From a virus: a stretch of 64,000 nt of DNA. Each line of letters starts with the position of its first letter. Within the stretch, counting starts at the first letter, position 1. The stretch lies in the IMG/VR virus record IMGVR_UViG_3300023296_000994, one strand, 5' to 3'. A program made the translations under genes and the position numbers. The notes beneath the pieces were generated by a model, which saw nothing but the letters and a program-made list of their open reading frames with translations, searched no databases and was not told the origin of the DNA. Below are positions 9,427 through 17,333 of the stretch, piece after piece.

Positions 9427-11199
9427 TTATACTTTTTCCAGTATATTGTCTTCGTTTAACATTCCACCTATTTTCTTGTCATCTGATTTTTTATTAAACA
9501 ATGATTTTGCTATATATCGTTTTTCAGCTTCACTTATAGAGCGGTCTTTGTTTTTTGCATCCCTTGCCCGTGTTTCATCACCCACTGGGTCTCTGCCACG
9601 CGCAGAATCTTGAGTGCCAAACTTAGGGCCTTCTTTTGGTCTACCACCGAAATCAGTATCATCATTAGGTGTATCGGTTGGGACCGGTGTGGCTGATGTG
9701 TCATCTTTAGAAGGATCCATGCCTTCATTTTCAATTGAAGTTAGTATAAACTTACGTTTTGTATCTTCAACTACATTGGCCTTTTCTTTGGTAATATCAT
9801 CATCTGATAATTTCCATATATTTTCATATATCCATTTTTCAGACAATAGTTTATTATCACGGAGCGATTGTGCCAAATCAGTTTTTTGTGACCACAATTC
9901 AATCATTTCTTGTTCGTGAATTGTAGATGAGTTTGTCAAATTCAATTCAAAGTCAACCAAATCAGCATCTTTGTATCCCTGAGAATACAAATGTACTATA
10001 GCAACTTTGGTTAATTCACTTACCATAATTCGTTGAATACGCTCGATGGTTCTTGCAAATCGAACATCCATTGCAGCTAAAGTTGCTTTACCGTCAACAC
10101 CTTCCTCATATCCAATAAATGCCTTTGGTATTTTAAGAGCCGCAAACATTTTTTCTTTTAGATAATTTATGTCATCAATACCACTCCATTCCATTCCAGG
10201 AAGAGTATCTATTTCGGTACCTGTTTGACCGCCACGTACTGGAAGATAATAGTCTTCCATCATATTTGATAAATTAAACTTAAGGTCGTATTGGCCTGTA
10301 TTTTTATCTATGTATGGGGCTTTCTTTGTTTGATTAATAATATTTTGCATGTGGGTATCCACTTCATTAGGAGGGATATTACCAATGTCAATTTTAAATA
10401 TTCGCTTTTCGGGAGCTCTCATAATTCTATGAATCATCATTGAATCTTCCATCAATGTGAGCTGCTTCCATATTTTTCTGGCCGGTTCTACCATAGATTT
10501 ACCATATGGTAAAAAATTGGCGTCTGATAGTAATCTAAAATGTGCTACTTCATAGTTTTCAAATCTACGTTGTGACTGTACAAGTGACCTACCCATACCG
10601 CCGCCGGCTTGGCCGCCAATAGTTGGGTCTTGTGTAAACCTAACATATTCAGGGTTATTTGGATCTAAGTCTTCTTCCCTAAGCATTTCATATGTTGAAA
10701 TTGGAATTACATTAATAATACCAAGTTCTTCTACTATTTCTAATTTCAAATAAAAATCACCATACTTACACATGTTTCTACACCAGGGATATAGATTGAA
10801 TTCAATATTCATTATATTATAAAATAGATTATTTAACGTTTCTTCTATTTTACTATTCGAACTTTTTATAGTTAGAATATCACCAAATTCATCTCTAAGT
10901 GTAGATTCTTCTGAATATATGTCAAGAGCCGATGATATGATAGGATCTTGATCCATAGTTTCATAGTCACTAAACAAAATTAATCGTTGTGTATGATAAT
11001 TAGATTTTTGATTATATCCAAGAGCCTGCGAACTTTGATGTAATCGATTATATCTGTCAACTAATCTATTGGTGGCTAGCTTATCGGTAGCCTGGACTTT
11101 ATTAATATCAACTACCTGGAGACCCTCTTTTCCTTTCACCACCAGAGTTGATGTTGAAAACATTGTTTCGAGCCTACCAAAAAAAGTTTTATCTACCAT
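9427..11199 (-). CDS. gp20: portal protein (T4 gp20 family)
   Basis: LMEDSMMIHRIMRAPEKRIFKIDIGNIP, EDYYLPVRGGQTGTEIDTLPG, ALKIPK. Confidence 0.95.
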   Translation of the reverse strand: MVDKTFFGRLETMFSTSTLVVKGKEGLQVVDINKVQATDKLATNRLVDRYNRLHQSSQALGYNQKSNYHTQRLILFSDYETMDQDPIISSALDIYSEESTLRDEFGDILTIKSSNSKIEETLNNLFYNIMNIEFNLYPWCRNMCKYGDFYLKLEIVEELGIINVIPISTYEMLREEDLDPNNPEYVRFTQDPTIGGQAGGGMGRSLVQSQRRFENYEVAHFRLLSDANFLPYGKSMVEPARKIWKQLTLMEDSMMIHRIMRAPEKRIFKIDIGNIPPNEVDTHMQNIINQTKKAPYIDKNTGQYDLKFNLSNMMEDYYLPVRGGQTGTEIDTLPGMEWSGIDDINYLKEKMFAALKIPKAFIGYEEGVDGKATLAAMDVRFARTIERIQRIMVSELTKVAIVHLYSQGYKDADLVDFELNLTNSSTIHEQEMIELWSQKTDLAQSLRDNKLLSEKWIYENIWKLSDDDITKEKANVVEDTKRKFILTSIENEGMDPSKDDTSATPVPTDTPNDDTDFGGRPKEGPKFGTQDSARGRDPVGDETRARDAKNKDRSISEAEKRYIAKSLFNKKSDDKKIGGMLNEDNILEKV

Positions 11200-11214
11200 G
11201 TTTTTATTTTTATT

Positions 11215-13236
11215 TTATAATAGCCACTTCAAGCTTTCTTCGTTTCCGTTCACATTCATATTCAATGAATTATGAGCATTTGCATTGTTGCCGGTGTAAA
11301 CGCCCGATGGGCCACCTACTTTCTGAAATAATCTAAGTGAATTTTTATTGAGTTCTATGCCGTCATTACGAAGTTTAAGTGCATAGTCTCTGATATATAA
11401 TCCTATTGACCATGCCATTGTTAGGTCATCATTATACCCACGTTGAGCTTCACATCTTGATCCTTTCCAAATAAACATGTACCATTCATCAACTAATCGT
11501 TGAGATTTGATAATACATGATTTTTCTCTACTATACATATCAAGTTTTGATATCAAAAGCGGGCGGGTTTTGCCGGACGTTGTAAATCCTGGCGTCATTT
11601 GCGCCTTATCTTTTATATCATATCCTTTTTCCAATTGTACCGCGGCGTCCGTAACTCCTTCGTGTCTGTACGTGTAATATAAATTATTATATTCTCTGTC
11701 GATTGCAGGTTGTATCGCTGCCCAACCAATATTTGCATTTTCAATAACCAAAAGCGCATTATTGTATTCGGTGGCCACGTTGACCATCATATTACCGAAT
11801 TCTTTTGTTCCAATTAGCCCCTTATATTCAGCTACCTGCTCACACGCTTCAACATCTACTACGTGAAACGCAGAATAATCTGATGCGTCACCCCTTGCAA
11901 CGTCAGCTACCAACATATAATCGCGTGAGTAATCGGGGTCTTTCCATACCCACAATTCACCGCCAGGACCTCTTTTTTCTTTTGGTTCGGAAACTTGGTT
12001 ATCTTCATACCACTTTATTAATTCACCACGTATAAGTGTGTTACCAGATGAAATAAAATCACAATTATGAGAAACCACACCATCCACATTAAAGATATTA
12101 CCATTATCTACTTCAACTATATCATATAATTCAATGGATTTATGTATCAATTGTATGTTTACTACGGTTACATATTGTGTATCCGGTACATCGGAATCAA
12201 TTAGAGATCCTACTTCCAATTTATTTGCTAATATTTCCGCGCCATTATACATAAATGGATGCGTAGTAGAACATTTTAAAACGATATTATTGGATAATGA
12301 TATAACGTAATGAGAAGCTTTTTCTAATTTACGGATACCAGTAAATGGCTGATATCCACTTGGCGTTGATATTTCATACTGTAAGTTCTGTTTAAATATC
12401 ATATTTGTATTATAAAGTTCCGATAATGTAATATAAAATTCTTCTTTGGTTTTAGAATCACGTACTTTAATTCGGCTTTCGCCCCACAAACAATCGCATT
12501 CTTGAGCTGCCGCTCTTTCACCTAATAATTCGTCTTGTTCGTCTCTCCAAGATTGGTCTCTATCTGGGTGTACTGACCAATGGAGTCTAAGTGAATTAAA
12601 CTGGGCTTTGGTTGAACCCTCTTCTGAGAACTTCCATTGCTTATGAAACCAATTACCAGTACCGTTTGGTGTTGATAATGCAATACACCTACCACCAGTA
12701 GCCAATGTTTGTTGCGCTGCAATCCAAATATCATCGATATAATCAATGAACGCTGCTTCATCAAAAATAAGAAGCGAAAGCGCTTCCGATCTTCCTGATT
12801 GCGGAGTCGATGAAATGGCTTTTATTTGAGACCCGTTTTTGAATCTAAGCGACAATTTATTATCTGTATCCGTTTGTTCTTTTAACCAAGATGGTAAATA
12901 GTCATACATGACACGAACTTTAGTAACCATGTTTTTTGCTACATCCCTTGATGTAGCAATTACAAGTACGTTAAAGTCTTCTTTGAATGTCATTTGGTGT
13001 AATGCGTATCCAGCAACAAGCGTAGATATACCAAGCTGCCTAGACTTTAATATAATTTCATATCTATGAGATTGAATATCATCTAATGCTTTTTCTTGAA
13101 ATGGATAAAGATTAAACAGCATTTTGCCCTGTGTTGGGTGCTGAATATGACAATACTTACGCATAAAGTATATTGGATCAGCTGCACACTTTTTGTACTC
13201 CGATGCTATAAGCTGTTTTAAATTAGGATTGCTCAT
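11215..13236 (-). CDS. gp17: terminase large subunit (gp17) with mini-intein
   Basis: LKSRQLGIST, LIFDEAAF, LSTPNG, ADVARG..DYSA, NDDLTMA. Confidence 0.96.
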   Translation of the reverse strand: MSNPNLKQLIASEYKKCAADPIYFMRKYCHIQHPTQGKMLFNLYPFQEKALDDIQSHRYEIILKSRQLGISTLVAGYALHQMTFKEDFNVLVIATSRDVAKNMVTKVRVMYDYLPSWLKEQTDTDNKLSLRFKNGSQIKAISSTPQSGRSEALSLLIFDEAAFIDYIDDIWIAAQQTLATGGRCIALSTPNGTGNWFHKQWKFSEEGSTKAQFNSLRLHWSVHPDRDQSWRDEQDELLGERAAAQECDCLWGESRIKVRDSKTKEEFYITLSELYNTNMIFKQNLQYEISTPSGYQPFTGIRKLEKASHYVISLSNNIVLKCSTTHPFMYNGAEILANKLEVGSLIDSDVPDTQYVTVVNIQLIHKSIELYDIVEVDNGNIFNVDGVVSHNCDFISSGNTLIRGELIKWYEDNQVSEPKEKRGPGGELWVWKDPDYSRDYMLVADVARGDASDYSAFHVVDVEACEQVAEYKGLIGTKEFGNMMVNVATEYNNALLVIENANIGWAAIQPAIDREYNNLYYTYRHEGVTDAAVQLEKGYDIKDKAQMTPGFTTSGKTRPLLISKLDMYSREKSCIIKSQRLVDEWYMFIWKGSRCEAQRGYNDDLTMAWSIGLYIRDYALKLRNDGIELNKNSLRLFQKVGGPSGVYTGNNANAHNSLNMNVNGNEESLKWLL
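12064..12492 (-). mobile_element. 143-aa cis mini-intein in terminase
   Basis: Starts CLWGES, block B STTHPF, block F YDIVEV, ends SHN followed by Cys; exteins rejoin as QECD|CDFISSG. Confidence 0.92.
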
Positions 13237-13244
13237 ATTTCTAT

Positions 13245-13757
13245 TTATTCAGCTGCTTCAGCTGCTCTGGCTGCTCTACGTCTACGTCTACGTGTTGGCT
13301 TTTTATTAAAATCTTCGTCTGTTAGTTCCATTTCCATATCTATTTTATCATACACAGACACGTTATTATTCACAGCGTGTGATTTTTCATAGGTTCTACC
13401 TGCAAAATATGCACCGTAGACTGTTAACAATAACGTTTGATATATTGGCTTATAAGCATCATCCAACGTAAATTGACCTACATTGCCGTCAAAAAACGTA
13501 ATGAATACAAATACAACCGTTAAGAAAATCAATGCAACGGGCCGTATGTTTTTTGATAGTTTGTTATCGGATGTCATATCGGCTTCCCAACGAGCAGTTA
13601 CGTTGTTGGCAGCTTGTGCCTCCGCATTCAATACCATCTTCTTAAATTCTGATTTGACTTGTAGTTTTTCTTCTTTAGTAGTAACTACATCGTCTATAAT
13701 ACCACCAACCTTTTCAATTAATTCTGAACCAGCTGAGGTTAAAAGTCCTCCTAACAT
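13245..13757 (-). CDS. holin (3TM/GTA-type)
   Basis: RWEADM.SD..LSKNIRP plus two hydrophobic helices and YFAGRTYEK. Confidence 0.7.
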   Translation of the reverse strand: MLGGLLTSAGSELIEKVGGIIDDVVTTKEEKLQVKSEFKKMVLNAEAQAANNVTARWEADMTSDNKLSKNIRPVALIFLTVVFVFITFFDGNVGQFTLDDAYKPIYQTLLLTVYGAYFAGRTYEKSHAVNNNVSVYDKIDMEMELTDEDFNKKPTRRRRRRAARAAEAAE

Positions 13758-13774
13758 ATCATATCTCCTATTTA

Positions 13775-13852
13775 TTATTGTTTCGTTTGAATGAATAATT
13801 CAATGATTACACTTATTATAACCATTACAAATATCCATCCAAGTGCATTCAT
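13775..13852 (-). CDS. 25-aa membrane peptide
   Basis: MNALGWIFVMVIISVIIELFIQTKQ fills the intergenic gap upstream of the holin. Confidence 0.35.
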   Translation of the reverse strand: MNALGWIFVMVIISVIIELFIQTKQ

Positions 13853-13854
13853 TA

Positions 13855-14211
13855 TTAAAACAAATCGTTTGCTATTTTAATAATCATACCTACTATAGCT
13901 GCATAAGCTACCCATAGTGCTTTTTGAACACTACCTTTCCATTCCGTTACATGGCCCATTTTACTTGTCAGTGTATCAACGGCTTTAAGCTTTTGTACGG
14001 TCGTTTCTATGTTCGATGTATTTTCATTCACCTTTACAATTATACCATCATCAGGATTTAGTAATCGCGTTTCTATCCGCTTTACATCAGATGAAAGAGA
14101 GGATAACGAGCGTTGAATGGTTGGGAAGTCATTTGCTTCCCATTCTCCATTTTCTTTTCTATTATTTATATCGTCATATAACGATTGAATCATTTCTTTT
14201 TGTGTAGGCAT
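13855..14211 (-). CDS. coiled-coil protein with C-terminal TM helix
   Basis: C-terminal ALWVAYAAIVGMII. Confidence 0.5.
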   Translation of the reverse strand: MPTQKEMIQSLYDDINNRKENGEWEANDFPTIQRSLSSLSSDVKRIETRLLNPDDGIIVKVNENTSNIETTVQKLKAVDTLTSKMGHVTEWKGSVQKALWVAYAAIVGMIIKIANDLF

Positions 14212-14762
14212 TATTCAGTTTCCATGTTTTTTAGTTTATCTTCAAAGTCCGTTAAATTTGACTGCTTGTTGGCCCATTTTTCAACGTGCCCTGCTTCGGA
14301 AATATATGACTTTGCTGACGTATCCAACCATTCGGAATACTCATCTTTAATTTCTGATAACCAAAAATCAAGGTTATCTTTTCTAGTTTGATTTACATAT
14401 TCATCCCACTTGCCGTCAATCTTAAGTTTAGTATGAAATTTGGATACACAACTACCACACATCTGTAGTACATTCCAATAATACTTAGAAATCTGATCAT
14501 TCATGGAGCCGGTACACTTAGGACATGATACTGGTCTTTGAATAATACTTCTGGCTTTACTTAATTTAGTAACTGTTTTCTTTATACCATTTTTAATAGT
14601 CCACTGCTTTCCTGCCTCGTCCCATACATCACCTTCAATTCTTGGTGTGTTCTGCCTAATGGCATTATACCCCGTTTGGATTTTAGTTTTGGTTGTATAT
14701 TTCCCCATAACGATATTTCTCATACGTTCTGCTTTGTGGGATGGAACTCCTTTAATTGCCAT
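14211..14762 (-). CDS. hypothetical zinc-binding protein
   Basis: CPKC...CGSC. Confidence 0.5.
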   Translation of the reverse strand: MAIKGVPSHKAERMRNIVMGKYTTKTKIQTGYNAIRQNTPRIEGDVWDEAGKQWTIKNGIKKTVTKLSKARSIIQRPVSCPKCTGSMNDQISKYYWNVLQMCGSCVSKFHTKLKIDGKWDEYVNQTRKDNLDFWLSEIKDEYSEWLDTSAKSYISEAGHVEKWANKQSNLTDFEDKLKNMETE

Positions 14763-14766
14763 AATT

Positions 14767-15306
14767 TTAAACTTTTGGTTTACCGAATACGGTTTCTTTT
14801 ATTTTTTTACCACCGGTTAATATACGAATATATTTTCTTCTATCACCGGTTAGCTTTAGATCTGATTTCGGAAATAATTTTTGTAGAAATGATTCGTCTT
14901 CTATATACGAAACACTTGATTTATATAATACATGTTCTAAGGCATCTGAGGCTTCTACCCAATAACCAGGCTTAGTTAATAACTTTTTAAGTTCAACTAA
15001 TACTTTATCAATTGCCTTACGAGATCCATCATGGCCGATACCTTGTATTTTACTTCCTTTCCACGGTTCACCTGATCTATGATTACGGTAAAATATAGTT
15101 GCATCTATATCAGGATCATTATCAATGTCAATTGAATGCCAGTCCGGTTCAGCCAAATCACGCTTGGTGTTAATAAAAGATACCTTTGGAGTTTTACTAT
15201 AAGCTGTTTGCACAACTGATATTAAATCATCCGAATATTTGTCGGAATCCACTTGCATCCATTTGTTCTTTGGAATTTCGTTTAATATGTCTATTAATTT
15301 AATCAA
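14767..15306 (-). CDS. hypothetical protein with N-terminal ILNE propeptide
   Basis: MIKLIDILNE|I. Confidence 0.5.
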   Translation of the reverse strand: MIKLIDILNEIPKNKWMQVDSDKYSDDLISVVQTAYSKTPKVSFINTKRDLAEPDWHSIDIDNDPDIDATIFYRNHRSGEPWKGSKIQGIGHDGSRKAIDKVLVELKKLLTKPGYWVEASDALEHVLYKSSVSYIEDESFLQKLFPKSDLKLTGDRRKYIRILTGGKKIKETVFGKPKV

Positions 15307-16471
15307 AATTCATTAATCCTGCTATTTGATTCACGGGGCCGAAGCTGCCGGTTAATTTATAAGTCTTACCATTGGATACAAATACCAATCCTTCGGATGG
15401 AATAATAGTATCAAATCCACCAATTGCTTTGATTCTAGCCAATTGCGTATCTATTCTTTTAAGTTTCTTTAAATCACCACCCTTTCGAACATCTGTAATT
15501 GCTTTGGCAACTTGATTGCGTATATTCTGTACAGCCTTATCTGGATTAACAGCGAGGAAACTCTCTACGTTTTTAAGTACGTCTACGCCGAGTTCAAAAA
15601 ACAATACTTCAAATGGAAACATATTTTTCTTTACTTGATCTGAATGTGACCCTTTATCAAATTCAATTGCTTTCGCAAGAACGGCTTCATCAGGTATATT
15701 TTGGCGATTTAACCTAAAACTTTTGTCAAAGAAGGCCCAGCGATTTACCAATCCTACTTTAATATTATTGTCAAGAGCACCAAATTTAGATTCTATGAAA
15801 GCTTCCCACCAAGCTTGATGATATTCAGCGAGGGTTGACGTATCTAACAATTTAAATTTCTTTCTGAGAGTATCTACTTTAGAAATATAATACGAACTCT
15901 TTTCGGCGAAGTCTTTATTTTTAAGAAGCTTCAGTACATTGGGACCAATGATAGCAAAGTTTTTTTGTAAATTCTTATTTACCTGCTTAATCATACCGGC
16001 CAACATACGAGCGCCATCCTTTACTTCGCCATTAGCTTGGCTACCAGAATACTGTAATACATTGTGGAATTGAAGATATGGTGCATCATATGAAATAACA
16101 TTTTCAGATGGTGGATAAATGATTTCCATGTTTACCCAATTACCACCGTTATCAAATATTTTCTGTCGTTGCTTATCATTTATGGATGATATGGCCGAAG
16201 ATAAATCTTTCATAGCAAGAGTAAAAGCTTTTTCTATATTACCACGTCCTGCGAATTTTGCAGCAATTGCTTTATAGTCCATACCACCACGTTTTAAGTC
16301 ACCGGTATTTCTTGCTGCCATTAACTTACCATTAGCCCAAGTAATAAATAAATTTTGACCATCAGTATTATGCACTAAAATACCATTAGCATAATAACAC
16401 TTGCGGCCTTCAACTTGAATATCATATCTAGTTTGTAGCTTATTTACTTTCGTGATAGATTTTATTTTCAT
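15299..16471 (-). CDS. split intein C-part (35 aa) fused to C-terminal half of a ligase-fold nucleotidyltransferase
   Basis: MKIKSITKV..RYDIQVEG..YYANGILVHN|TDGQNL; EGLV and YKLTG resemble ligase motifs IV and V. Confidence 0.85.
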   Translation of the reverse strand: MKIKSITKVNKLQTRYDIQVEGRKCYYANGILVHNTDGQNLFITWANGKLMAARNTGDLKRGGMDYKAIAAKFAGRGNIEKAFTLAMKDLSSAISSINDKQRQKIFDNGGNWVNMEIIYPPSENVISYDAPYLQFHNVLQYSGSQANGEVKDGARMLAGMIKQVNKNLQKNFAIIGPNVLKLLKNKDFAEKSSYYISKVDTLRKKFKLLDTSTLAEYHQAWWEAFIESKFGALDNNIKVGLVNRWAFFDKSFRLNRQNIPDEAVLAKAIEFDKGSHSDQVKKNMFPFEVLFFELGVDVLKNVESFLAVNPDKAVQNIRNQVAKAITDVRKGGDLKKLKRIDTQLARIKAIGGFDTIIPSEGLVFVSNGKTYKLTGSFGPVNQIAGLMNFD

Positions 16472-17294
16472 AATTAATCCGTATAAATTTACAATTCAAT
16501 TCATTCATTATAATATATTGACGTTGAATATTTTTATCTTTTAATTTACCGTTTCTGAAATGATATTTTTCATCATACTCAAAAACTGTATTAGTTTCTT
16601 TACTATACCCATCCACAAAATAGCCACAAATTTGAAATTCGCCGCCATTTTCAGCGTGTTGTATATCAGTTATTCCGAGTTCTTTAGCTTTGGCTTCAAG
16701 AATCGAAATTGAATTTTTGTTATAACAATATTGTTTACATTTATCCAATGTATTACGATATTTTATATTACTTTCTCTCATTTTCAGTTTGGTAACTGTT
16801 GAATGTTTATGTCCTAACGTAGAATGGCCGTTTTCGTCACGCCAAACTCGAAGTTTTTTCTTTATTTTATCAATAATCACAGGAGCCTTTCTAACATTAT
16901 CAACACCATATTTAGTTAATACTGTTTTGTTTTTCGTATGGTATGGTATAGTATTTTTACTTAATGGATTTACTGCCCCATACTTTTCTAAATTAGTAGA
17001 GTTTATTCGATCTCTATATAATTTCATATTATTAGATTCTTTAACCGATCTAGTTGGGATTTCAAATTTACATAGTGCTTTAATAATTGGGTTTACCCCA
17101 ATTCCGATTTCTTGTGAAATTTGATTAGCAGCCTTACCAACATTAACATATTCATTATACAGAAATTCTTTAGTTAAGATTCTATTTTTGTATAATTTAT
17201 ATTGATTACAGCTCTTATAATGATTTGATATTTGTTGTTTATTAATCACACCTATTTTTGCAGAACAATATGTACATTTCCAAAGTTTATTCAT
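16440..17294 (-). CDS. free-standing Vsr-like (EDxHD) homing endonuclease between split-intein halves
   Basis: GEFQI.GYFVDGY..FEYDEKYH..FIRI C-terminus; NUMOD3-like GHKHSTVTKLKM; KYG..N repeats. Confidence 0.8.
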   Translation of the reverse strand: MNKLWKCTYCSAKIGVINKQQISNHYKSCNQYKLYKNRILTKEFLYNEYVNVGKAANQISQEIGIGVNPIIKALCKFEIPTRSVKESNNMKLYRDRINSTNLEKYGAVNPLSKNTIPYHTKNKTVLTKYGVDNVRKAPVIIDKIKKKLRVWRDENGHSTLGHKHSTVTKLKMRESNIKYRNTLDKCKQYCYNKNSISILEAKAKELGITDIQHAENGGEFQICGYFVDGYSKETNTVFEYDEKYHFRNGKLKDKNIQRQYIIMNELNCKFIRINYENKIYHESK

Positions 17295-17333
17295 ATTATA
17301 TATAAATATCTAATTTCCGAAAAACGGATGGTA

